Source: an uncultured cyanobacterium | Lineage (GTDB): Bacteria; Cyanobacteriota; Cyanobacteriia; Cyanobacteriales; CAWUOF01 | Direction of reading: 5' to 3' | Assembly (NCBI GenBank): GCA_963744145.1 | Contig: CAVUSO010000001.1 | Coordinates: forward strand, 4,704,001-4,768,000 | DNA: 64,000 nucleotides | In this document: positions 8,217-17,241 of the stretch, one piece after another | How the letters are laid out: every line of letters begins with the position of its first letter | Numbering within the stretch: the first letter of the stretch is position 1 | Notes under the pieces: generated by a model | Databases searched by the model: none | What the model was told of the DNA's origin: nothing | What the model saw: only the letters and a program-made list of their open reading frames with translations | Made by a program: the position numbers and the translations under genes

Positions 8217-9101
8217 TTATTTCCGCTTAATCCATACCTTTAACGATTCAATTCGCAAGGACTGTCCCCTTGTTCCGCAATATTGACCATTGGAACACAC
8301 CGCATAGTCCCCTACATTCTGGATATGAGCAGTGTAAAAAACATCATATTTAGATGCTTCTGGACCAGTTAGCTGAATTGAAAAACCTTCAATTCGTCGT
8401 TCTTGATTTCTCGTCCCAGCAAACTTTCCTTCTTCTAACCATGCTGTATCCCCAATTCCTTGAATATGGGCTTGATATCTCAGACTTAATCCTGGCACAG
8501 GTGGATGGATATTGATCTGAAATCCTTCTAAACGGAGGGATTGTCCACGAGTGCCCACCATTTCATTATCTTTGAATTCCCGATCGCCCAAACTCTGGAT
8601 ATTAGCCAAAATTTTTAGAGATACGTCTGAATTTCCTACTGTACTCAAACCTGTGGTAGTGAATCCAGGAGAAACTCCAGTCACAGCACTTTTTGGGTCA
8701 GGCTCATCAAATCTCGGTAGAATAATCACTTCTGGAGTTGCATCCGGGGACGTGGGTTGTCCAAAAATAAAGATATCCGATTGTGGTGTAGGTGCCTTGA
8801 CAGGTGCTGATATTTGATTCACTGGTGGATTTTGGGCGTCAGTCACCTGATTTACTAACAACTCTAAATCTTTCAGGGCAGAAATTTCCCCAGCTTTTGG
8901 GGTCAATGCTGTTAATGTTTGCAAATGTAACTGGGTAAATTCGGTTTGGTAATTTGCCAGTTCCGCTATTAAATTTCCTGATGGTGGGATACCTTTTGCT
9001 TGAAGTTCTTTACCTGCTTGGGATAGACGCTCTCCCAAACTTGAAAATTTTTCTTTAAGTAGGCTTAGTTGTTGGGACAAATCTTTATGGGCTTGGTTCA
9101 T
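8217..9101 (-). CDS. Coiled-coil protein with C-terminal clostridial hydrophobic-W (ChW)-like repeats
   Basis: Three repeats of the AHIQGIGD..W..G...GTRGQSLRxE type. Confidence 0.75.
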   Translation of the reverse strand: MNQAHKDLSQQLSLLKEKFSSLGERLSQAGKELQAKGIPPSGNLIAELANYQTEFTQLHLQTLTALTPKAGEISALKDLELLVNQVTDAQNPPVNQISAPVKAPTPQSDIFIFGQPTSPDATPEVIILPRFDEPDPKSAVTGVSPGFTTTGLSTVGNSDVSLKILANIQSLGDREFKDNEMVGTRGQSLRLEGFQINIHPPVPGLSLRYQAHIQGIGDTAWLEEGKFAGTRNQERRIEGFSIQLTGPEASKYDVFYTAHIQNVGDYAVCSNGQYCGTRGQSLRIESLKVWIKRK

Positions 9102-9213
9102 AACTCAATTACTTTCACTTAGTTCCGATTTAATTTTGCCCTGTCTCGTTCCAGAGTTATAGGGACATTATATGAATTGAGCTAAATTACCAAAAAAAAA
9201 TTTGTTGCTCTCG

Positions 9214-9257
9214 TCATTTCCGATATATCGCGATATGATATTGATATATCGGAATGA
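9214..9257. promoter_or_regulatory. Inverted repeat, probable PadR operator between divergent genes
   Basis: TCATT(T)CCGATATATC ... GATATATCGGAATGA immediately upstream of the padR start. Confidence 0.6.
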
Positions 9258-9272
9258 AACAAGGACAAATTT

Positions 9273-9887
9273 ATGGGTAGAAGATTTCGGTCTTATTTTT
9301 CTGTACCTGCTTGGGTAGGAGTTGATCAAGAAGAGGAGTTGCTGGTCAATCAATGGTTTGCTCAGAGTAAACATGATGGTAAGCGTTTTATGCAAGAAAT
9401 GTTCGGACAAGCTTGGGGTGATGAACCCCGATCGCGTCGTGGGGACATTAAGTTTCTGTTGTTGGAGCTGTTATCGGAGCAACCAAATCACGGTTATGAC
9501 TTGATCAAGCAGATTGAAAACCGTCATGGGGGGGTCCGTCGTCCTAGTCCTGGTTCGGTCTATCCCACTCTGCAATTACTAGAGGATGGGGGTTATGTCA
9601 CGAGTGAACAAAGAGAAGGAAAAAAGATTTACACAATTACAGATGAGGGAAGAAAGCTGCTCAATGAGCGGATTCCACCAGAACCTGCTACTGATTTTGC
9701 TCAGAGTCCTTTTAGTAACTTTCCCGCTAAATTCCAAGAGTTTCATGCACTCAGGAAAGCTGCAACTGATTTAGCTGCTGCGATTATCCAGGTTTCCAGT
9801 TTTGCTGATCCCGAACAAATGAAACGAGTCAGGGAATTGATTGAAGAAACCAAACGGGATATTTATGCTATTCTGGCAGAAAAATAA
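9273..9887 (+). CDS. PadR-family (YqjI-like) transcriptional regulator
   Basis: RRGDIKFLLLELL, HGYDLIK and PSPGSVYPTLQLLED motifs. Confidence 0.92.
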   Translation: MGRRFRSYFSVPAWVGVDQEEELLVNQWFAQSKHDGKRFMQEMFGQAWGDEPRSRRGDIKFLLLELLSEQPNHGYDLIKQIENRHGGVRRPSPGSVYPTLQLLEDGGYVTSEQREGKKIYTITDEGRKLLNERIPPEPATDFAQSPFSNFPAKFQEFHALRKAATDLAAAIIQVSSFADPEQMKRVRELIEETKRDIYAILAEK

Positions 9888-9996
9888 GTCCTGCGCGTGA
9901 GCATTGGTAATCTTTGTTTACTCGAAGGTATTGTGTGTGTGTTTTCAGATCGTTGAAACCTCAATAAATTAAATCAGGTTAATCAAATTAAAACTG

Positions 9997-11547
9997 ATGA
10001 TGACACCAACAGGAAAAGTATATTTGGTGGGTGCTGGTCCGGGAGATGTTGCGTATCTGACTGTGCGATCGCAACAACTTCTGAGTCAAGCTCAAGTTTT
10101 AGTCTATGATGCACTGGTAGATCGTAATTTATTGGGTTTAGTCCCTCAAAATTGTCACCTGTTTAATGTGGGTAAACGTGGTGGTAAACCTTCTTTAGCA
10201 CAAACTAAAATTAATCATCTCCTGGTAGAACAATGTCAAAAAGGTTACCAGGTAGTACGTCTGAAAAGTGGTGATCCATTTATTTTTGGTCGCACTACTA
10301 CAGAAATTCAAGCTTTAATTGCAGCTAATTGTGAATTTGAAGTCATCCCGGGAATTTCGACCGCACTAGCTGCACCTTTATTAGCTGGAATTCCTTTAAC
10401 TGATCCGGTTTTAAGTCGTTGTTTTGCTGTTGCTACTGCTCATAATCCAGAAGAATTGGATTGGGAAATTTTAGCAAATATTGAGACTTTGGTAATTTTG
10501 ATGGGAGGAGGAAATTTACCAGAAATTATCCATCAGTTACATAAACATGGGCGATCGCTTTCTTGTCCAATTGCGATTATACGCTGGGTTGGTCATCCTC
10601 AACAACAGATTTGGACTGGTACTTTAGGAAATATTATTACCCAAACTCAAAATGAGTCTCTTTCTCCCTGTGTCATTGCGATCGGTGAAGTCGTAAATTT
10701 AAGAACGTATTTACAAATTCCACCCACTCCGGAGTTAGTTCTTATGAATCAAAAAAATTCTCTTTCCCATCCTCTACTGAACAAAACTATTTTAGTAACT
10801 CGTGCGATTAGTCAATCCCATGATTTTCGCGATCTGCTCGAATCCCAAGGAGCAAAAGTAATTGAAATGCCCACTTTAGAAATCGGTCCTCCCTCTAGTT
10901 GGGTAGCTTTAGATCATGGGATTAAACAAATTCATACTTTTAACTGGTTAATCTTAACTTCTACTAATGGGGTAGATTATTTTTTTGACAGATTAAGGGT
11001 TTTAAAGAAAGATATTCGCGCTTTAGCTGGATTAAAAATTGCTGTAGTTGGTCAGAAGACCGCAGCAAGTCTCAAACAGTATCAGATTCAACCAGATTTT
11101 ATTCCTCCCAATTTTGTAGCTGATGACTTAGTCGCAAATTTTCCTGAAGATGTAGCTGGGAAAAAAATTATGTTTCCTCGAGTCGAAACCGGAGGAAGGG
11201 AAGTATTAGTAAAGGAATTAGTGGAGCGAGGAGCGGAAGTAGTTGAAATTCCTGCTTATGAATCGCGCTGTCCCCAAGCAATATCCCCTCTAGCATTATC
11301 AGCATTACAGGAACATCAGGTAGATGTAGTTACTTTTGCTAGTTCTAAAACTGTCCAATATTTTGTGAATCTGATTAAAGCTCACGACGGTATATCGTTA
11401 GAAAATGTTTTAATCGCGTCTATTGGTCCACAAACTTCCCACACCTGTCAAACATTATTTGGAAAAGTAGATATAGAAGCAGAAGAATTTACTTTAGAAG
11501 GGTTAACTAACGCCATCATCAATTTTTTTACTTGCGCGAGTAAATAA
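9997..11547 (+). CDS. cobA/hemD: Uroporphyrinogen-III C-methyltransferase / uroporphyrinogen-III synthase fusion
   Basis: VYLVGAGPGD and RLKSGDPFIFGR. HemD half has ILVTRA, LILTSTNGV, TFASSKTV and SIGPQTS. Confidence 0.95.
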   Translation: MMTPTGKVYLVGAGPGDVAYLTVRSQQLLSQAQVLVYDALVDRNLLGLVPQNCHLFNVGKRGGKPSLAQTKINHLLVEQCQKGYQVVRLKSGDPFIFGRTTTEIQALIAANCEFEVIPGISTALAAPLLAGIPLTDPVLSRCFAVATAHNPEELDWEILANIETLVILMGGGNLPEIIHQLHKHGRSLSCPIAIIRWVGHPQQQIWTGTLGNIITQTQNESLSPCVIAIGEVVNLRTYLQIPPTPELVLMNQKNSLSHPLLNKTILVTRAISQSHDFRDLLESQGAKVIEMPTLEIGPPSSWVALDHGIKQIHTFNWLILTSTNGVDYFFDRLRVLKKDIRALAGLKIAVVGQKTAASLKQYQIQPDFIPPNFVADDLVANFPEDVAGKKIMFPRVETGGREVLVKELVERGAEVVEIPAYESRCPQAISPLALSALQEHQVDVVTFASSKTVQYFVNLIKAHDGISLENVLIASIGPQTSHTCQTLFGKVDIEAEEFTLEGLTNAIINFFTCASK

Positions 11548-11578
11548 AATCAATTCTAACCATAGAACAGCTAAATTA

Positions 11579-11619
11579 GTGCTGAATTGTAGGGTAATAA
11601 TTACCCTTAATTCAGCATT
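11579..11619. terminator. Stem-loop after cobA/hemD
   Basis: TGCTGAATT GTAGGGTAAT/ATTACCCT TAATTCAGCA inverted repeat. Confidence 0.5.
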
Positions 11620-11911
11620 AACTGATTGGGGCATATTCTTGACTAAATAAATATTAGTGTAGCACAAAAAGGCAAATAAAGCAACTATAGAACCGGAAAA
11701 ATAAGAATGAAAAAAAATTCCTACAACCTTTGAGAAATAAGGATTGTAACCTTTTTGATTAGAGATAATTAGTCTAATATTAAGAACTTCACAATAATAG
11801 TTAGAATAATATCATGCCTATAAGAAAAATTAATCAAAAATCTATTGCGTTTATTGAATTTATCAGATAGAATTTGAATGTAAAGATATCTTTGATCTTT
11901 AAGGTTCTAAC

Positions 11912-12997
11912 ATGAAGAAAGGGTTCAAATTACTGATTGCTTTAGTCATTGCTTTCTTTAGCATTACTAATGCTGTAAGAGCAGAAGACTTACCAAAGTT
12001 ACCAGGTTATCAAGCAGATTTAAGCCAAACATCTGTTTCTGGTCTTTCATCAGGAGCATTTATGACGGCGCAACTGCACGTAGCCTATTCTGATAAACTG
12101 ATTGGAGCAGGTATCGTTGCTGGTGGGCCTTTCGATTGTGTGGATTCTAGAACTGACAATCCTAATAATTTTCTGAAAGAAGCCACCACAACTTGCATGA
12201 CGCCAGCAGCAAAAATTTCAGGACCAAAAGGTGAGAAGTTATTTGAGCGATCCCAGAAACTTGCCAGTGAAAATAAAATTGCTGATGTAAACAACTTAAA
12301 AGATGATAAAGTTTATCTCTTCAGTGGTGCTAACGACGAAACTGTTAAAACCATAGTAGTTGATGCAGTAGAGCAATTTTATAAATCAGCTGGAGTGCCA
12401 GAAGCAAACATTAAATACGAGAAAGGCGTAAAAGCAGGTCAGGCTAGAGGTGCAGGTCATGCAATTATTGTAGCTGATGGCCCTGTTCCCTGCGATACTA
12501 CAGCACCACCGTATATTAATGACTGTGATGTTACCCAATCCCATGAAATTCTCAAGCATATTTATGGCAAATTAAACGAGCCAACTACATCAGATCAGCT
12601 TAGTGGTAAATTCATCAGGTTTGACCAGAGCGAGTTTGTTAAGGCTAAGGGAACCAGCATGGATGACGTAGGAGTTGTTTATGTACCTGCTGCTTGTGAA
12701 ACCGAATCTTGTAAAGTTCATATTGCTATTCATGGCTGTAAGCAGGGACAAGCAGTGATTGGTGCTCAGTACTATACGACAACTGGCTATAATGAAATAG
12801 CTGATACCAACAAAATTATCGTTTTGTATCCACAGGTTAAGCCTTCAGGTTCAGTTCCACTTAATCCAAAAGGATGTTGGGACTTTTGGGGCTATTCCAG
12901 TCAAGAACCGGCAAAACCAGTTTTTTATACCAGACAGTCTCCCCAAATGCAGGCTATCATAGGTATGGTAGAACGGTTAGGTCAACCCCGTTCTTAA
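11912..12997 (+). CDS. Secreted poly(3-hydroxybutyrate) depolymerase-like esterase
   Basis: Signal peptide, early lipase box SVSGLSSGAFM, and GIVAGGP, HIAIHGCKQ and NPKGCWDFWGY motifs. Confidence 0.85.
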   Translation: MKKGFKLLIALVIAFFSITNAVRAEDLPKLPGYQADLSQTSVSGLSSGAFMTAQLHVAYSDKLIGAGIVAGGPFDCVDSRTDNPNNFLKEATTTCMTPAAKISGPKGEKLFERSQKLASENKIADVNNLKDDKVYLFSGANDETVKTIVVDAVEQFYKSAGVPEANIKYEKGVKAGQARGAGHAIIVADGPVPCDTTAPPYINDCDVTQSHEILKHIYGKLNEPTTSDQLSGKFIRFDQSEFVKAKGTSMDDVGVVYVPAACETESCKVHIAIHGCKQGQAVIGAQYYTTTGYNEIADTNKIIVLYPQVKPSGSVPLNPKGCWDFWGYSSQEPAKPVFYTRQSPQMQAIIGMVERLGQPRS

Positions 12998-13063
12998 TCA
13001 CCAATAATTTGGTGGTTGAAGAGATGGGAAAATTCATTTTCTAATAAAAGAGGAAATCTTGTT

Positions 13064-13616
13064 ATGTCAAACGAACTGACTAAAGAATTCGTGAAAATAA
13101 ACGAGTTAGCAGTAGAGTCATTTACGAATCTTGCTGCTAGTAATGTTGAAGCCGTGAATAATACGTTAACAACCTTTGTGGTGAATCCGGCTGCGATCGC
13201 TACCGCAACTAAGTCTTCCATCAGGTACTTTTAAAAAGTTAAATGAAATTTACACTCATAGTGTGAATAGCTTGTTTCGTAGCCAAATAAAACTGCTGAA
13301 GTTAGATGTCGTATCTCAGTCCTACAAAGATTTAGGCGAGGTGGTGATCGGTTCAATCAATGACTTGACCAAAAAACAAACTGAATTAGTCACAATCTAC
13401 ACCGATGCGATCGCTTCGTCTTTTGAGAAATTAAACAATGCTACGAAAGTAGATGATCTAGGTTGGATTGCAAGTGATACATCTAAGCTGAAAGAAGCCG
13501 TGCAAGAAAACCTAACAAATACAGCTGCGGTGATTACAAGTATCCAGTCTGGGCTAGAAGCTGTGGCTGAAAGTGTTCTTGATGGACTAGCAAAAGAGGA
13601 ACCAGCAAAAGAGTAA
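13064..13616 (+). pseudogene. Helical (phasin-like?) protein split by a +1 frameshift near 13229-13234
   Basis: ORF 13064..13234 (SD AGAGGA) stops at TTT TAA. The +1 frame is open across the junction (SGTFKKLNEIYTHSVNSL) and continues to 13616. The phasin call is inferred from composition and context. Confidence 0.5.
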
Positions 13617-13804
13617 GGGAAAACAGACTAAAGACCTACTTAGTCTCAGTTTAGCCTGTTCCTATTTGCACTTTCTGCTCATAGATGATCAATAACTAAT
13701 GAAGTGGTAGGGGTAATTATTCCCTCTACCGCTTCAGTTTAAATGTTTTTTTTTAATTTTCTGGTGAGACTGGGTACACATACTTTAGAAAAAAACATTG
13801 TTAC

Positions 13805-14029
13805 ATGAATGAAATCTTTATCCTCACTGATGAATATATTCCTTTATGCAATCTGCTAAAGTTTTGTGGTGTCACTCCGAGTGGGGGTATGGCAAAATCA
13901 ATGATCTCAGCGGGATTAGTTAGAGTTGATGGTGCAATAGAACTACGGAAAACCTGCAAGATTCGTGCTGGTCAAATAGTTAGTGGTGAGGGTTTTCAGA
14001 TTCAAGTTCAGCATCCTGAATGCCCATAG
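13805..14029 (+). CDS. S4-domain RNA-binding protein (YbcJ/YaaA-like)
   Basis: YIPLCNLLK, SGGMAKSMI and VDGAIELRKTCKIRAGQ. Confidence 0.85.
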   Translation: MNEIFILTDEYIPLCNLLKFCGVTPSGGMAKSMISAGLVRVDGAIELRKTCKIRAGQIVSGEGFQIQVQHPECP

Positions 14030-14281
14030 ATTACTTGATGATTGACACTATTTTCAACCGATCTTGTTGCCCTGTCAGAATAACTTAGTAAAGTTGTTTG
14101 ATTTTCCTATATTAAAATCTATTTATAAATAAGCGCATTATCCCGGCGTTTTTGTTTACATATCTTTATGTTTTGTTGGCACTATCAGAGGTTATACTAA
14201 TTGAGTAATGAAATTGCTTAGTTGGGTTTTTATAACCAATTGGGCGATGTGATTATCTAATATAAACCTTTACAGTCGCTT

Positions 14282-15013
14282 ATGAAACTCCAATATTTAT
14301 GTGGGTTAGTGGTATCTTTATCACTTTTTGTTCCAAAAATTGCTAGTGCAAGTACCTATACCAATAATGATAGAAGTTTTTCTTTGTCCCTGAATGAAAT
14401 TCAAAGGACAAATAACAGTTTTTATTATATCAATAAAGGTGATCAGGAGTTTCTGGGAGATATTAACATCGATCATATTTCAGAAACCGGAGACATCGTG
14501 ACTTATGATGGTAGTTTTAAAGAAAGTTTACTGGGCAGAAACAGAAATAAAATAATTTGTTCAGGTGATATTAATATGGTGCGACAAAAAAATGGTGATC
14601 GGGTGGAAATGCAATTAAATCGGATATTTAAAAGTGGGGAAAATTGCCTATCTATGGGACAAACCTTTAATATAAAATTAATAGAATCTTTACCGATCGC
14701 TGACGAAAATGGTGATTTTACTAGAAACAATAGTGATACAGATTTATCAGAAACATCAGGTTTTCTAACTTGGTCAAAATGGGAAATTGTGTCTAGTGAT
14801 GGTGATTTAAATTGTCGCGAAAAACCCGATTCGGATGCTTCTATAAAATCTGTTTTTCATGCTGGGCGCGATCGCATTAGTCCCCTGACCAGAGGAGCTA
14901 GTGCTATTGAATTAATTAATGGTGAAACATGGATGAAAATAGGAACAAAGATGGGAATTTGTTATGTTCGTGCTAATTCTAAATATATTCAACCTGTTTC
15001 AATCCCTTATTAA
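14282..15013 (+). CDS. Secreted hypothetical protein with a possible C-terminal SH3b-like domain
   Basis: Signal peptide and the LNCREKP...W....CYVRANSKYIQPV pattern. Confidence 0.6.
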   Translation: MKLQYLCGLVVSLSLFVPKIASASTYTNNDRSFSLSLNEIQRTNNSFYYINKGDQEFLGDINIDHISETGDIVTYDGSFKESLLGRNRNKIICSGDINMVRQKNGDRVEMQLNRIFKSGENCLSMGQTFNIKLIESLPIADENGDFTRNNSDTDLSETSGFLTWSKWEIVSSDGDLNCREKPDSDASIKSVFHAGRDRISPLTRGASAIELINGETWMKIGTKMGICYVRANSKYIQPVSIPY

Positions 15014-15852
15014 TTTAACTTAAAGCCTAAGTGGTTTAAAGTAGTTCGTAATTGCTCTCGTCCCGATAAAGATTCTGGACCAGCAATGCGTTTGATCGAA
15101 TGTTCAGACCAATCACCATTAACAGACATTTTTTGTTGAGAATAAAAAGTTTTCATAACTTCATTGTAACGACTAATTGCCTCATCTTGAACAGATAAAC
15201 TATAATTTTCTTGGTGCAATACAGCCTGTTGAGGTAAACGCGGTTTAATCTCTGCTGGATGATTAAGATCGGGATATCCTAAGCACATTCCAAAAACTGC
15301 AAATACCTGGGGAGGAAGTTGAAGTAATGCAGCTACTTCTTCTGGATGATTGCGGATTCCTCCAATATAAACTGTTCCTAAACCAAGTGATTCAGCAGCA
15401 ATAGTGGCATTTTGTGCTGCTAGGGTAGCATCAATAGTTGCAGTGACAAACATTTCTAAATAATCCAGTCCCACCTGGGGTAATTCAGATTGATTAGCAA
15501 TATAACTTAATCGGGCTAAATCTGCTAACCATACTAAAAATAAGGGACATTGACGAATATGTGCTTGATTACCAGCTAATTGAGATAACTGTTCCTTTTT
15601 GTTGGTTGTCTCAACTGCAACTACACTCCAAGTTTGGAGATTAGCAGAAGTAGCAGCAGATTGAGCTGCGGCTATAATAATTTCTAAGGTTCCTTTTGGC
15701 AGTGGTGTTGGCAAATAAGCCCGAATTGAACGATGATTCAGTAATGTTTGCAGAGATTCATTAATAATATTTTCTGGCGAAAATGCTTCGGCTCCATAAC
15801 GCTGAACAATTAATTCAGCTAGATTTAAACTTTGCTTCATTGATTTACCCAA
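15010..15852 (-). CDS. NADPH-dependent nitroreductase / FMN reductase (NfsA/Frp family)
   Basis: LLNHRSIRAY, AQSAATSANLQ, AAESLGLGTVYIGGIRN and KPRLP motifs. Confidence 0.92.
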   Translation of the reverse strand: MGKSMKQSLNLAELIVQRYGAEAFSPENIINESLQTLLNHRSIRAYLPTPLPKGTLEIIIAAAQSAATSANLQTWSVVAVETTNKKEQLSQLAGNQAHIRQCPLFLVWLADLARLSYIANQSELPQVGLDYLEMFVTATIDATLAAQNATIAAESLGLGTVYIGGIRNHPEEVAALLQLPPQVFAVFGMCLGYPDLNHPAEIKPRLPQQAVLHQENYSLSVQDEAISRYNEVMKTFYSQQKMSVNGDWSEHSIKRIAGPESLSGREQLRTTLNHLGFKLN

Positions 15853-15940
15853 CTCTACTATATGATCATATTATACTTGGAACTCAGCCATGTCAATATT
15901 TCGGACAGGTTTTGATTAGCAATAAGAGAATAAGGATTTA

Positions 15941-16234
15941 ATGGCGATCGCCTCAGAGCTAAAAACTGTCTGGGCACAAGGAAAAGGTATTCTTACTCTT
16001 CAGGATCTCCCCATTCCACTCCATGGATATGTCTATCGATTATGGGTAATGATCGATCGCGATCAGATTCCTTGTGGAATTGTCAATATCAATACTAAAG
16101 AACTAACTTCTGAGCAATTTTTCCTGCCTATTGATCTCTATGAAGATGGCATATCTGGAGTTTTTATTACCTTAGAATCTTCCCAATTAAGTCGATATCC
16201 AACCGGATCTATAGTCATGCAGAATGTGTGGTAA
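15941..16234 (+). pseudogene. C-terminal fragment of an anti-sigma factor (RskA-like)
   Basis: LQDLP..YVYRLW..CG and ITLE....PTGSIVM resemble the RskA C-terminal domain. No N-terminal or TM part and no adjacent sigma gene. Confidence 0.55.
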
Positions 16235-16245
16235 ATTTTATAATA

Positions 16246-16572
16246 TACAGCATCTTCCAGGTTTATGAAGTATAGCAGTGTTGTTTGTAATGTCAGATGG
16301 GTGAGGTTCATTCAGGTGATCTGTGGGGCAGGGCGGGTTCATTAAGGTTATTTGTGTGTGGCAAATTCATCGGTGAACCCGCCCCTACAGGGGATAAAAA
16401 TATTCGGATCTGGGATTATTTACCAAAAAATCGATGAATTTATGATGATAATCAACCAGGATTTGTAGGGGCGGGTTCACCAATCAATTCTGATCCAAAT
16501 CGATCACCATCATAAACCCGCCCAACCAAACGAGATAACTGAATGTACTTCATCAATGTAGAATCTGCTGTA
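16246..16572. mobile_element. MITE with TACAGCA ends and internal REP-like repeats
   Basis: TACAGCATCTTCC..TTATGAAGTA at left, TACTTCATCAA..GAATCTGCTGTA at right. Internal GGTGAACCCGCCCCTAC / GTAGGGGCGGGTTCACC. Confidence 0.75.
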
Positions 16573-16606
16573 AATTGTAGCGATCGCCAGATATCGGTCA
16601 ATCCGG

Positions 16607-16916
16607 GTAGGGGCTTTCGCATTTCGGCAAATCAATCATTACTTAAACGTTTACCCTGAGTTTACCCTGAGCGGAGTCGAAGTTTACCCTGAGCGTAGTC
16701 GAAGGGGGCGTAGTCGAAGGGAAGAATAATATTACCGAAATGCTTTGCCCTTGCCATTTATGCAACAAACCGATCAACTATATATTATAAAATCCATTCA
16801 GTTAAGATTTTTTGGGATATCTCAGCGCAGAAGAAGGGTGAAGCATTCGGATATAATATTACTAGTTTGATTGTTCAATTGTCGCCCGAATGCTTCACCC
16901 CTACACTTAACTGAAT
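16607..16916. repeat. Cluster of nested REP-like elements
   Basis: GTAGGGGC..GCATTTCGG...CCGAAATGCTTTGCCC contains CCCTGAGCGxAGTCGAAG tandem units. It is followed by a TTCAGTTAAG...CTTAACTGAA shell containing GAAGCATTCGG...CCGAATGCTTC. Confidence 0.7.
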
Positions 16917-16952
16917 CGCAACAGAGGTATCTAATGCAATCTCACCACTCAT
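16912..16952 (-). pseudogene. First codons of a vapC gene truncated by a repeat element
   Basis: ATG at 16952 overlaps the antitoxin 3' end and reads MSGEIALDTSVAI (PIN start motif), then runs into CAGTTAAG. Confidence 0.6.
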
Positions 16953-17151
16953 TAAAATCTACCTGGCGACAGTCTGTGGTAATTGCTCGTTGTAGTTCCT
17001 CCGCTTCAGAGTCACTTAAAATTCCGGCAAATTTGGCAAGGGAATTTTTTTGGCGTATTGCCTTAACCCGATAGAAAAAATCTAGCACTGTTTGTACTAG
17101 GTCATCTGGGGCTTGTTCTAGTTCCTGAATCAACTGCTCAAGATTAGTCAT
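16942..17151 (-). CDS. Orphaned small antitoxin (DUF2281-like)
   Basis: LIQELEQAPDDLVQTVLDF and FAGILSDSEAEELQ. The downstream toxin is truncated. Confidence 0.65.
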   Translation of the reverse strand: MTNLEQLIQELEQAPDDLVQTVLDFFYRVKAIRQKNSLAKFAGILSDSEAEELQRAITTDCRQVDFNEW

Positions 17152-17241
17152 AGACTTTTTTAGGTTCTTTTACCATAAAGCATAGTACGGTTAAAGTATC
17201 TATAGACATTTTAGCTAAATTTGAAGCAAAAACCGACCTGT

